A stretch of 64,000 nucleotides of DNA from Candidatus Heimdallarchaeum aukensis (lineage in GTDB: Archaea; Asgardarchaeota; Heimdallarchaeia; Heimdallarchaeales; Heimdallarchaeaceae): NCBI GenBank assembly GCA_021513695.1, contig CP084166.1, positions 128,001-192,000 of the forward strand, in the 5' to 3' direction. A program made the translations under genes and the position numbers. The notes under the pieces were generated by a model. It ran no database searches. It saw only the letters and a list, made by a program, of their open reading frames with translations, and was not told the DNA's origin. Below, in pieces: positions 19,292 through 29,195 of the stretch (position 1 is the stretch's first letter; every line of letters begins with the position of its first letter).

Positions 19292-20254
19292 TCATTTTTC
19301 TTCTTCATCATCATTTAACAAGCTACTGAAGGCTGCTCTTAATTCATTTTGAAGTGATTCTTTCATTTGCTTTGTAGATTTTTTAGGAGTAGCTGGTGTA
19401 GGCTCTGATACTGGGCTTACTTCATCTGATTCTTCCATTCGTTGAGATCTTCTTTGTTGAGCAGCTTTAACTTCTGAAAGTAAAGCTTGTTGTGGAGAAA
19501 GAGGTCTTGATGCTTGTGCAGCTTGTTCTCTCTCTTTTTTATGAGCATCAGGATCAACTTTCTTTAATTTTGCTTTTGCTTCCAGAATTGCTGAAGCTGT
19601 TGGTCCACCTAATGGTCCCACACCTCCCCCACCCATAGGTCCTGGGCCAGGAGCTGGTGATTGTTGCACTGGAGCTTTTTGTAATTTTGCTTTTGCTTCC
19701 AGAATTGCTGAAGCTGTTGGTCCACCTAATGGTCCCACACCTCCCCCACCCATAGGTCCTGGGCTAGGTGCTGGTGATTGTTGCACTGGAGCTTTTTGTA
19801 AAGATTTGGCAGCATTAGCTATCTCGCTAGCAAATCCTGGAGAACCTGGCCCTGCTCCTAGATTAGGAGCTGGTGCAGGAGCTCCACTTAAATTTGGTGT
19901 TGGAGCTGGTCCCCCTAGATTAGGCGCAGAAGTCGCTCCACCCCCTATATTTGGCGCTGGAGCTGGTCCAGAACTCAATTTAGGTGCAGAAGGTATCGAG
20001 GGACTTGGAGTACTTCCACCTATACTTGGAGCACTAGGCATTCCCATTCCTCCTCCAGGTGCTCCACCTAATTTATTCTCCAAAGCTGTTATTCGCGCAT
20101 CTAATTCGTTAATAGCATCTTCAATTCTTTCTGTAGATTTGATCATAATACTTCCAAAGTTTTCAAGAAGTCTAGTTAATTTTGCAATCGCAGTTTTCGT
20201 AGGGGAAGAACCTTCAGATAATAAATTGTCTAGGTACTCATCAATTGACATCAA
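19292..20254 (-). CDS. low-complexity Pro/Gly/Ala-rich protein with an N-terminal coiled coil and two 39-aa repeats
   Basis: After an N-terminal helix there is a long PAPAP/GGP tract. Two repeats follow: AKAKLQKAPVQQSPAP..GPMGGGGVGPLGGPTASAILE. The C-terminal tail is acidic. Confidence 0.45.
   Translation of the reverse strand: MMSIDEYLDNLLSEGSSPTKTAIAKLTRLLENFGSIMIKSTERIEDAINELDARITALENKLGGAPGGGMGMPSAPSIGGSTPSPSIPSAPKLSSGPAPAPNIGGGATSAPNLGGPAPTPNLSGAPAPAPNLGAGPGSPGFASEIANAAKSLQKAPVQQSPAPSPGPMGGGGVGPLGGPTASAILEAKAKLQKAPVQQSPAPGPGPMGGGGVGPLGGPTASAILEAKAKLKKVDPDAHKKEREQAAQASRPLSPQQALLSEVKAAQQRRSQRMEESDEVSPVSEPTPATPKKSTKQMKESLQNELRAAFSSLLNDDEEEK
19566..19799 (+). repeat. 117-bp direct repeat, 2 units, inside the Pro/Gly-rich gene
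   Basis: aattttgcttttgcttccagaattgctgaagctgttggtccacctaatggtcccacacctcccccacccataggtcctggg... occurs twice in tandem, with 2-3 mismatches near the 3' end of the unit. Confidence 0.85.
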
Positions 20255-20335
20255 ATATCAAAATATACTAGACTGAAAACTATAAAAAGACTTTGTTAAT
20301 GCATAATGAAAAAGAAAAATTAATTGTTCTTGAAA

Positions 20336-21364
20336 TTAGAACGCCTCTGAAAGAACTTTAACTACTTTTTCAATATCTTCTCTGCTTATATTGAAGTGAG
20401 TTACAAAACGAATCAATTGCTCTCCCATTTGTGTTACTAAAACCCCTTGTTTTTCTAGTTTTTTGCTTAAGGTATTTGCATTATATTCTGAGTCTGAAAG
20501 ATCAATAATTACAATGTTTGTATCCACAGGTTTGACAATTATATTTTCCTTTTCTCGAAGAACTTTTTCAATCATTTTAGCGTGATCATGATCTTCTTTT
20601 AATCTATCAATCATATGGTTAAGGGCATATATTCCTGGTGCTGCTATAACTCCTGCCTGTCTCATTCCCCCTCCTACTCTTTTTCTGTTTTTTCTGGCTT
20701 TTTCAATAAACTCTTCTGTTCCCACGATTATAGAACCAATTGGACAAGCAAGTCCTTTACTTAAACAAATCTGTATTGAATCTGCATGTTCTACTAGTTT
20801 TGCTGGAGAAATATCTAACGCTACTGAAGCGTTAAATAATCTAGCTCCATCAATATGTACAGGAACTTCATAATCATGTGCTAGTTTTGCTATTTCGTCC
20901 ATATTCGATTTAGGAATAACTCTTCCTCCCCCTCTGTTGTGAGTATTTTCAATACATACTAATTTAGGATCTGCGTAATGAACATTATATGGTCTAGAAA
21001 GAATTGCTTCAATATCTTTAGGATCCATTAACCCATTGTCTCCTCTTATTAAATAAGGTAAAGCTCCAACTATTGATGCAATTCCACCAGCTTCATACAA
21101 ATATATATGGCTCTCTGCTTCTAAAATTATTCCTTCTCCTTTATTTAGATGAGTCATCTCTGAAACTAGATTTCCTTGTGTACCACTTGTAACTAGTAAG
21201 CCTGCTTCTTTACCTAGTATTTTTGCTGCTAAAACCTCTAATTCTTGTACTGTAGGGTCTTCTCTCCAAACATCATCGCCTAATTTAGCTGTTAAAATTG
21301 TTTCTAACATCTCTTTTGGAGGTAAAGTTAATGTATCAGAACGCAAATCAATTACTTTTTTCAT
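20336..21364 (-). CDS. low-specificity L-threonine aldolase (PLP-dependent)
   Basis: The N-terminus DLRSDTLTLPPKEMLE...GDDVWREDPTV is characteristic of the threonine aldolase (LtaE/GLY1) family. 342 aa. Confidence 0.7.
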   Translation of the reverse strand: MKKVIDLRSDTLTLPPKEMLETILTAKLGDDVWREDPTVQELEVLAAKILGKEAGLLVTSGTQGNLVSEMTHLNKGEGIILEAESHIYLYEAGGIASIVGALPYLIRGDNGLMDPKDIEAILSRPYNVHYADPKLVCIENTHNRGGGRVIPKSNMDEIAKLAHDYEVPVHIDGARLFNASVALDISPAKLVEHADSIQICLSKGLACPIGSIIVGTEEFIEKARKNRKRVGGGMRQAGVIAAPGIYALNHMIDRLKEDHDHAKMIEKVLREKENIIVKPVDTNIVIIDLSDSEYNANTLSKKLEKQGVLVTQMGEQLIRFVTHFNISREDIEKVVKVLSEAF

Positions 21365-21425
21365 TTCAAATATTATTTGAACAAGCTATTTAAATTATTT
21401 TTGATAAAAAAAGAGAAAATAAAAA

Positions 21426-22961
21426 CTAAAGGAATTTAGGTGGTTCAGGGATATTATCTAAATATTTAAGGAAAGGTTCTGGCCATTCGTCAGTTTTTAA
21501 GCCTTTTTGAGAAACAAAGGCAGTAATAAATCGTTCAAAACTTCCTCCTCCACAGCCTGACCAAAGATCTTTTCCTCCTTCAGTTTTTACACTAAATCCT
21601 CTTGGATATTTGTCTCCTATAATAGAAATATTCTGGATTTCTAACCACTCACTTTCTTCTCTAGAACCTCTATAAGGCATATAAGTTTCGAAGTCAATTG
21701 TACCAACAAGCATGTCTTCTTCCTCTTCATCTTTTGCAGATTGTTCAAGCCACCAAGGCATAACTTTTGCTTCTCGGACTTCTAAATCAAAAATTCTGTC
21801 AAAAACTTCTCTTAATTTCTTTCTTGTTTCAGTTGCTACCTCTTTTACTTGTTTTGGAGTGCCAATAAACAATGTTTCAATTCTATGTAATTCATCTACT
21901 CTTTCAAAACCATAAGCAGAGCCAGATTCATATCTATATGTTGGTCCACTCCAATCATAAACTAGTATAGGTAAGCTCTCTTTAGCAATTGTTTTTCCTT
22001 GAAGCCAAGCCCAGAAAGGAGGACATTGAGCATAAGACAATCCTCCTATTGGAGGAGTGATTTTTTCATATAGTTTGTCTTCAGGAATTGTTTTTGTTAT
22101 TGTTATATAATCAGCTATTTCTTCAAAAAATTCAGGGTTTGCACTTTTAGGTTGAACAACAAAGTACGGTTCAAACCCTCCTTGAAACATTCCTTCTGCA
22201 TGACCAGAGCGTAGCCAAATTGACCAGTCCACAAGCTTTGGTATCATCATTTTCTGATAGTTTAGAGGAGTATATACATGTTCAACCATTATCTTCTTTA
22301 TTGCTTCAATAACTGCTGTAATGGAAGGAGTTAAAATCCATTGATTTCTATAATTTGTTCTTTTAATCCATCCTTCTTTTTCAAGAAGTTTTGTTGGATT
22401 TTTGGAAGTAAGAAGTTTCTTTTCACCTGAATACCAAGCAACTGTATGGTGTTCTTTTTTAGCTCCATGATAATCTTTAGATATTTTATCATTGATTCTT
22501 CTTAATATCCGTTCTATTGCTCCTTTTTCAACAAAATCTTCTTCTATTTCAGGGTCTATCTCAATTCTTGCCCAAGGTTCATCCTCTTTTTTGAAAAACT
22601 CAAGCTTTGATGTTAAAGGTAAAGTAAATTCTCTTTTAGGTTCAAGTTTAAGTTTTTTCTCTATCTCATATTTGATAAATTTAAAACCTCTTAGACCAAT
22701 TTTGTATTTTTTGCCAATTTCTTGTGCTAATTGTTTGCGCATGCGTAAAACTATAGTGTGAGGAGCATATGAGTCAACTGAATTAAGAGAAAGTACAATC
22801 TTCTTATCCTTTATTTCAGAAAGTTCAATAGTGAATTTTCCTTTTGGACGTTTAGAATTTAAATCTTGTTCATATTTTGAAATAAACTGTGTTAAATGTT
22901 CTATACTCTCTTTAGGTAATTCTCCGCTTGTGATAAAATATAGTTCTAAAGTTTGTTTCAT
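21426..22961 (-). CDS. atypical class II aminoacyl-tRNA synthetase-like protein (methanogen-type SerRS / amino acid:carrier-protein ligase-like)
   Basis: Motif 2-like YRYESGSAYGFERVDELHRIE and motif 3-like SGCGGGSFERFITAFV are present. The N-terminal domain of about 170 aa is unrelated to bacterial-type SerRS. Specificity is unknown. Confidence 0.4.
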   Translation of the reverse strand: MKQTLELYFITSGELPKESIEHLTQFISKYEQDLNSKRPKGKFTIELSEIKDKKIVLSLNSVDSYAPHTIVLRMRKQLAQEIGKKYKIGLRGFKFIKYEIEKKLKLEPKREFTLPLTSKLEFFKKEDEPWARIEIDPEIEEDFVEKGAIERILRRINDKISKDYHGAKKEHHTVAWYSGEKKLLTSKNPTKLLEKEGWIKRTNYRNQWILTPSITAVIEAIKKIMVEHVYTPLNYQKMMIPKLVDWSIWLRSGHAEGMFQGGFEPYFVVQPKSANPEFFEEIADYITITKTIPEDKLYEKITPPIGGLSYAQCPPFWAWLQGKTIAKESLPILVYDWSGPTYRYESGSAYGFERVDELHRIETLFIGTPKQVKEVATETRKKLREVFDRIFDLEVREAKVMPWWLEQSAKDEEEEDMLVGTIDFETYMPYRGSREESEWLEIQNISIIGDKYPRGFSVKTEGGKDLWSGCGGGSFERFITAFVSQKGLKTDEWPEPFLKYLDNIPEPPKFL

Positions 22962-23031
22962 TTCGTTCGATAGAAAGAATCAGTTATCTATTTTAAACTA
23001 TTTCTTCTATCGATAAAAAAGTAAAAAGAAG

Positions 23032-24774
23032 TTATTTGTCATTGATTTTTACTTGTAAGAAATACTCAATTATTTCTTTCAAATCTTTCTTTGTTATACG
23101 TTTATCTGACTGAATTCCACCTTTTTCTAAGACTATGTGTCTCATTCCTGGTCTTAACAAACTAAGATCATGCGAGCAAATAATTACTGTTGTTTGTAAT
23201 TTTTCTGCAACATCCATTAATACATCAATTATGGCTCTTGCCAAATCACTATCTAAATTAGCTGTTGGTTCATCTCCTATTAGAATAGGCGTTTTTCTTG
23301 TTAATGCAAGTGATAAGGAAGCTCGTTGTTTTTCTCCAGCAGAAAGTTCATCAGGATAAGCTTCTAACTTATGTTTTATTTGACATTCCTCAACCATATT
23401 TAGAGAGTACTCTTCATCATAGTCTAATTTAGAAAACAGATAAGGGACAAGAAGATTATCTTTAACTGTAACAGGTTCAAAGAGGTTATTATGCTGAGTG
23501 ATATAAGCAATGTTCTTTAATCTAAACATTGATGTTTCATATTCATCTTTATCATGAAGTGAAACATTATTGATAATTATTTCTCCTTTATCTGCTTTTA
23601 CAAGTCCTGTAATGCAATTAAAAAGGGTAGTTTTTCCTACTCCACTGGGCCCAGTAATCATTACGAAATCTCCTTTTTTAACTTCTAAGTTAATGTTTTT
23701 TATTACTTGATTATAACCTGCTGGAGAATGATATCCTTTGGAAACTCCTTTTAATTGCAAAATATTTTCTCTACTCTCTATGAAGTTGAATTTTCTGCTA
23801 ATAATTTTTTCAATTTCTTCATAAGAAATTTCTCGAGATTCTTTAATCGCTTCGTCAACTGGTTTATTCAAAATCTTGTATATTTCTTCTCTATTTACTA
23901 TATCAGGATTCCAAAATAAACCAAGAGATCCAGCAGGATGAGCGTCAAATTCTACTACATCATAAAGCTTTGTTTTCATCTTTATTTGATCAGGTATTCT
24001 AAGAAGGCTATTTTTATCTAAGTAAGCCCGATTATTTGTAGAAGAACTTGTCATAAATTCAAGTTTATCTTTTTCCATATCTTGACTTACTCCTACTAAT
24101 CTCCCATCTCTAATGATAAAGCTATGTTTGAATACATTTCTAAAGCGGATATCGTGAGTCACAACAACAATAGTTTTACCCGTGTTCTCGTTAATATCTT
24201 TTATAGTATTAATTACTTCTTTAGTATGCTCAGTATCTAATTGACCTGTAGGCTCGTCAAGAAGTAGAAATTTAGGATTTTTAGCTAAGGCTGCACCTAA
24301 AGATAAACGCATAGCCTCTCCACCAGAAATGCGAGAAACGAGATTATTTCGCACATGATATAAGTTTAACAGTTCTAAAATTTCCTTGACTTCTCTTCTG
24401 GCTTGCTCTCTTGGAATGTAAAATAATTTTTTGTGTATCATAAGATTCTTTTCAACAGAGAGATTTGAGAATAAGTTATCGCTAATATTTTGATTGATCA
24501 ACCCAATGTATCTGAATCTGAACTCTCTTAGTTGTTTTTGAGACATTTTTTCTAAATGATGGTTGTCAATAATGACTGATCCTCCAGTAATATCTTCTAA
24601 GCCAGATAAAATCTTGATTAATGTGGTTTTTCCTGCTCCAGAAGGACCAACTATACTTACAAGATCACCTTTTTCTACATATAAATCTAATCCTCTTAAA
24701 GCAGCAACTTTATAATCAGAATGAGGGTCGAAATAAATTTTAAATAAATCAATACATTGTATCATTTTTATCAC
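23032..24774 (-). CDS. ABC transporter ATP-binding protein with two tandem NBDs (diverged paralog of 7576..9333)
   Basis: Walker A GPSGAGKTTL and GPSGVGKTTL; signatures ISGGEAMRLSLGAALA and LSAGEKQRASLSLALT. The domain order matches the first copy. Confidence 0.85.
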   Translation of the reverse strand: MIKMIQCIDLFKIYFDPHSDYKVAALRGLDLYVEKGDLVSIVGPSGAGKTTLIKILSGLEDITGGSVIIDNHHLEKMSQKQLREFRFRYIGLINQNISDNLFSNLSVEKNLMIHKKLFYIPREQARREVKEILELLNLYHVRNNLVSRISGGEAMRLSLGAALAKNPKFLLLDEPTGQLDTEHTKEVINTIKDINENTGKTIVVVTHDIRFRNVFKHSFIIRDGRLVGVSQDMEKDKLEFMTSSSTNNRAYLDKNSLLRIPDQIKMKTKLYDVVEFDAHPAGSLGLFWNPDIVNREEIYKILNKPVDEAIKESREISYEEIEKIISRKFNFIESRENILQLKGVSKGYHSPAGYNQVIKNINLEVKKGDFVMITGPSGVGKTTLFNCITGLVKADKGEIIINNVSLHDKDEYETSMFRLKNIAYITQHNNLFEPVTVKDNLLVPYLFSKLDYDEEYSLNMVEECQIKHKLEAYPDELSAGEKQRASLSLALTRKTPILIGDEPTANLDSDLARAIIDVLMDVAEKLQTTVIICSHDLSLLRPGMRHIVLEKGGIQSDKRITKKDLKEIIEYFLQVKINDK

Positions 24775-27700
24775 TCCAAATTCATAGGTTGATATCTAGC
24801 AAATTGCATTTTCATTGTCATGTAGAATATAGAGAAAAACATAACAGGAATAACTAGAAAAATTATCACCGCAATAACTGGTGGAAACTGAATAGGATTA
24901 GGCAATATCTCTTGCCTTAGGCTTCTTAACACTCTTCGTATAATTTCAGTTATTGTAAAACCTACTGCTGTACCACTGATTATTCCAGGAAGAATTCCAA
25001 TCATGAATAATTCAAAGGAACTCATTTGAATTATAAGTTTGTTAGGTATACCCATCTTCTTAAGAATGTCATGCTTACCCATTCTTCTTTGCAATATCTT
25101 AAGAGGATTACTCATACTTGTAAATACAATAGAGATTATGCAAATTAATAATGAAAAAACAAATATTGAAACTATCGAAGCATAAAAGGGAAGATTGGTA
25201 CGGTAAATTTCTTGTTCTTCTTCAACTATGTTAATGATTTCTAGATTGTATTTCTCTTCTAAACTTGAAGAAAATTGAACTATATCCGTTTTTTCTTCAA
25301 CATTTATTAATAATCTATAACCAAATACTCCAAAAACGGTTAAACTCTCTTCTATTTTCTCATAATTGCTCTCTGTTAGAACAATCATAGGAGTTCCTCC
25401 CGATTCTCGTGGACCATAAGGATAGATTATGGGGAAATAGTCAAACTCATCTATTATCTTCACTTCTACGTCATCGAATGAGTATTTCATTTCGCTAATA
25501 TCAAAGAAAAACTTGAAGTTGCTAGAAACAATTATCTCTTTATCGTTATCCAGTTGAGGAATAATATCATCCCAATTTTTGTAAAATCTTTCTGAAGGTT
25601 TATACGCTGTATTATAGAAATCCGAAGCTTTTTGAATCACTAAAAGATTTAACTGTCTTCCTCCAAACATTGCGTCAACTTGAGAAACGTTACATATGCC
25701 GATTACTTCGGGAAGAATTTTAATTTCATCACTGATACTGGAATTAACGTTATTGTAATTGCTTATATACATATCAGCTCCTGCCATAAAGTAAGAATCT
25801 TTTATTATCCCATTCTGCATTGTTAGAGGAGCAGCTATTGCAGGAACAGCAATTCCTACCAAAAGTAAATAGGTCAAGAAAATATCATTAAACAATGAAA
25901 GATCTGTTTTTACTTCAACTAATGAGAAAGTGAATATATTCTTCTTAATTTTCCACAAAGTTTTGCTTAAAACTGCCATAATAAAAGAGTGAAGATCTTT
26001 TAAAATTAGTCCTAAACCGAATAAAGATATCATTACTCCAATTCCAATAATATACACGAAAATGTTTATCAATTGGTTATCTGAAGAAGAAAGATTTTCG
26101 CTGAAAGTTAGATATAGTTTTAGTCCTCCGTAAATTATTCCTCCTCCAACAGCAATAATAATGAAGTTGCCGATTTTCACCTTTTTAAGAAAAGAAACAA
26201 ATTTGTTATAATCTCTTATTTGCTCCTTCTTTATTTTTGCCATTCTTATTGTTAAAGGTAAAGTAATAATTATTAAACCAAAGAACGAAATTGTGAAAAT
26301 TAAAGGAAGATTCTTTAACGAAGGCATTGTAGAACTTAGATTGAAAGAGACAAATCTATCTAATTTTAATAAAATGGGAATAATCAGTATTGCTTCTCCT
26401 AAACCTAAAAAGGTTGCAATAAGTGATTCTACAAATTTCATTACTGTGTTCAGATAAACTATTTTTCCAGTTGACAACCCTTTGGAACGGAGAATTTTAA
26501 TTTCTTCATCAAAACTTGTAGCAAATAAGGCATTTGTTTCAAAAATCAAGAATAGTGCAAGGTAAAGGACAGGTATTGATAATAAAACAATTAGAAATTG
26601 AGTAGAGGAATAGGAAGGAACTAAACTTTGCAATACTAGTTTTAATTCAGTTGAAATAACCCAAGAACCACCTAAATCAAATTTTACAGGATGATCGTAA
26701 CTTGGTTGTAAAATGTCAAAATCATTTATTAGTTTTCCAATATTTTTAGAATTAACTAAAGAAAAATCATAGAAAAATTGAACTATACCATCAAATTTCA
26801 GATGTTGAACTGGCATAGTTTTTAAACTTGACAGATAAAAATCATTGAAAGTTATTGCACCGATGTATTGTGAAATCATTTCTATGAGATCATATGATAA
26901 TCCATAATCTCTACTCATCTTAAATAATGAAGGTTCTGTTGGTTTTTCGTAAATCCCTACAATAGTCATGTTCACTCTTTCTTTTAAACCTCCAACAGAG
27001 ACATCTGCACCAACAAAGACAATAGTGTCGTTTATTGTTTTATTGAAAGCTGTCGCTGTAGTTTGATCGATTATAACTTCATTGATTTTATCAGGTAACC
27101 TACCTGAAACTAGAATTCTTCCCAAAATATCCTTATAATTAGTAGATAAGGAATAATATGATTCTACGCTCTGAACTGTACTCTCAGTATCCTTCTTAAA
27201 TAGAATTCGCATTTGCATTGAATAATCAGAATCAATAATTATATCCTTCAAAACTTCAGTTTTAAAAGCGATAGTTGAAAGAATCTCGTTCATAACAGCA
27301 GAAGAAAAATTCTCGTAAAAAGGTGAGTATTCATTTACTCTCCCCCATCTCGCGGAAAGAACATTATGCATTCTCGAAAACGTAGCTGAAGCTTTTTCAT
27401 CTTCTTCTAAATGAGCATCTTCTAAATATTGTTGTATCATCATGTTTTGTTTATATGAAAAGAGTGAAGAAGAAGAGAAAACAATCATTGCCAAAATTGA
27501 TAAGCCTAGTATTGTTATTATAGCTCTCTTTTTGTTTGATCTCCATAAATCGAAAGGAAGACTCAATGAACTTACAATAAAAACCCATAGATTGAGAAAT
27601 ACTAAAACAAATTTACTTTTTCCAGTTTTTATAGGTCTAAATAAAAACCTAAATAGTTTTTTTCCTTGATTTACTATTTTTTTGTAAAATATGGCTATAA

Positions 27701-29195
27701 ATAGTAAGAGAATTGAGATAGCTATTGTAAATTCAATCCAATGTATTCTAAAAACATATTGAAAGAAGTTTACTAAAGTTAGATCGTAAATAACAGGTCT
27801 TATAATACTGTTGAAAGATAAATTACTATTTGAATAAATTAAAACAGAAAAGACATTAGGTTCTACTATAACTTTGTTTTCTAGTTGAGTATCATGAAAT
27901 CTCTGTGTTCTACTAACTAAAAAAGTAGTAGGAGATTGAAAATTGATATGAGTCGAGTCGAAAACCGTAATGTTTGAAGTGAAAGGAATATCAATAAATT
28001 GTTGAGTAATATTTTTTCCATTATATCTTAAAATAGTAAATTCAGTAATTAAATCAGCCTTAGAATTACTTGAATTAAGAGGTAAGTGGGGATTAGGGTT
28101 GATTAAGAATGTTATTGACGAATCAAAAGAGTAGTGATACAAGTCATCATATGAATACATTCCCAATTGAAATTCACTAAAGTTTTCAAAAGAAAGACTT
28201 TCGTTCAATTTAAAATTATGAGTATAGAATGTTGATCCTTTAATTAGAGCCAAGTTTAGTGTAGTTTGATTAAATACCGATAAATAAACATCATAATCAG
28301 TATTGAAAAGAAGATAGTTACTTAAATAAGGGTCATCGTTTATGATATATATTCCAACTAGCCTTGTTGGGAAAAACATATACTTGTACAATGCAACTAA
28401 TTTTCCATCAACAAGTAGCAATGTTTGAATGCCATTATATTCTAAATCTGTAAACCAATTTTCAGTGCTTGAAGTTCCATTTAGAAAAACTGTTAATTTT
28501 TTAAATTTAGTCTTTGGGTGCTCATCCATTGCCGATTCAAACATTGGTTCTGCAAACAGCAAATAGAAAGAGTTTTCTATAAACTGAACATTATAGATAA
28601 AATAATTTCCAAAAAAACTTGAATGGTAAATCAAGAAATTACTTTTGTTTTGTTCTGATTCCCAAACATACATTTCAATATTGAATTGCCCAAAGTTTCC
28701 ATGATATGAATAGAACAATACTATTTTGTTATCAATTCTAAAGGTGTCAAAAATTGTTCCTGGACTTAAATCTGTTTTAATCTTTGATATATTTCCTTCA
28801 AACAAATGAAAGATAGTGAAGGATTGATTTTCTAATTCCATTTTTATGAATAAGTGTAATCTTTCTTGAGTGTCTAACACCGCTCTTGTTTCTAAATCTA
28901 CTATTGTTTCATAAGCTTGAAAATAACCTATAACCTCTTCTTTAACTTCTGGATTTTCAGTTATATCAGCACTTATTAGCAAAGAATTATAATTTAAACT
29001 TAATATAGACGCTATTAAAATAAACACGAAATATTTTTTTTCCATACCAATCTCCCATCGGATATGCCTTTTTTTGAACACTTTAAAATTTTCCTCTGTA
29101 AAAATATTTTTTAAATGAATAAATACTTCAAGAAAAGAATTTATATATTGCAAGTTCTTGTTAAGCAAAATGTCCTCAAAAACCTCTAAAGACAC
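24771..29195 (-). CDS. single-chain FtsX/MacB-type permease (diverged paralog of 3260..7579)
   Basis: Same architecture as the first copy. The probable true start is at 29045 (MEKKYFVFILIASILSLNYNSLLISADI, a signal peptide). The ORF-track start at 29195 overlaps the divergent MFS gene. DLWRSNKKRAIITILGLSILAMIVF is the FtsX N-terminal motif. Confidence 0.6.
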   Translation of the reverse strand: MSLEVFEDILLNKNLQYINSFLEVFIHLKNIFTEENFKVFKKRHIRWEIGMEKKYFVFILIASILSLNYNSLLISADITENPEVKEEVIGYFQAYETIVDLETRAVLDTQERLHLFIKMELENQSFTIFHLFEGNISKIKTDLSPGTIFDTFRIDNKIVLFYSYHGNFGQFNIEMYVWESEQNKSNFLIYHSSFFGNYFIYNVQFIENSFYLLFAEPMFESAMDEHPKTKFKKLTVFLNGTSSTENWFTDLEYNGIQTLLLVDGKLVALYKYMFFPTRLVGIYIINDDPYLSNYLLFNTDYDVYLSVFNQTTLNLALIKGSTFYTHNFKLNESLSFENFSEFQLGMYSYDDLYHYSFDSSITFLINPNPHLPLNSSNSKADLITEFTILRYNGKNITQQFIDIPFTSNITVFDSTHINFQSPTTFLVSRTQRFHDTQLENKVIVEPNVFSVLIYSNSNLSFNSIIRPVIYDLTLVNFFQYVFRIHWIEFTIAISILLLFIAIFYKKIVNQGKKLFRFLFRPIKTGKSKFVLVFLNLWVFIVSSLSLPFDLWRSNKKRAIITILGLSILAMIVFSSSSLFSYKQNMMIQQYLEDAHLEEDEKASATFSRMHNVLSARWGRVNEYSPFYENFSSAVMNEILSTIAFKTEVLKDIIIDSDYSMQMRILFKKDTESTVQSVESYYSLSTNYKDILGRILVSGRLPDKINEVIIDQTTATAFNKTINDTIVFVGADVSVGGLKERVNMTIVGIYEKPTEPSLFKMSRDYGLSYDLIEMISQYIGAITFNDFYLSSLKTMPVQHLKFDGIVQFFYDFSLVNSKNIGKLINDFDILQPSYDHPVKFDLGGSWVISTELKLVLQSLVPSYSSTQFLIVLLSIPVLYLALFLIFETNALFATSFDEEIKILRSKGLSTGKIVYLNTVMKFVESLIATFLGLGEAILIIPILLKLDRFVSFNLSSTMPSLKNLPLIFTISFFGLIIITLPLTIRMAKIKKEQIRDYNKFVSFLKKVKIGNFIIIAVGGGIIYGGLKLYLTFSENLSSSDNQLINIFVYIIGIGVMISLFGLGLILKDLHSFIMAVLSKTLWKIKKNIFTFSLVEVKTDLSLFNDIFLTYLLLVGIAVPAIAAPLTMQNGIIKDSYFMAGADMYISNYNNVNSSISDEIKILPEVIGICNVSQVDAMFGGRQLNLLVIQKASDFYNTAYKPSERFYKNWDDIIPQLDNDKEIIVSSNFKFFFDISEMKYSFDDVEVKIIDEFDYFPIIYPYGPRESGGTPMIVLTESNYEKIEESLTVFGVFGYRLLINVEEKTDIVQFSSSLEEKYNLEIINIVEEEQEIYRTNLPFYASIVSIFVFSLLICIISIVFTSMSNPLKILQRRMGKHDILKKMGIPNKLIIQMSSFELFMIGILPGIISGTAVGFTITEIIRRVLRSLRQEILPNPIQFPPVIAVIIFLVIPVMFFSIFYMTMKMQFARYQPMNLE

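Noticed and set aside
19806-20276. 156-aa ORF antisense to the Pro/Gly-rich gene
   Set aside because: The GC-rich, repetitive Gly/Pro/Ala codons produce a long open antisense frame that translates to PGAG low-complexity sequence. No independent support.
21712-23359. Antisense ORFs 21712..21915, 22492..22761, 22831..23016 and 23135..23359
   Set aside because: They are embedded in the aaRS-like and ABC ATPase genes and lack motifs.
27442-27669. 75-aa ORF antisense in the permease gene
   Set aside because: Embedded antisense; no motifs.
29046-29195. N-terminal 50 codons of the permease ORF as drawn (start 29195)
   Set aside because: A clear signal peptide begins at the internal Met (MEKKYFVF..., 29045), and the extension overlaps the divergent MFS gene. 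It is probably an over-extended ORF call. The same applies to 3260 versus 3299 in the first copy.
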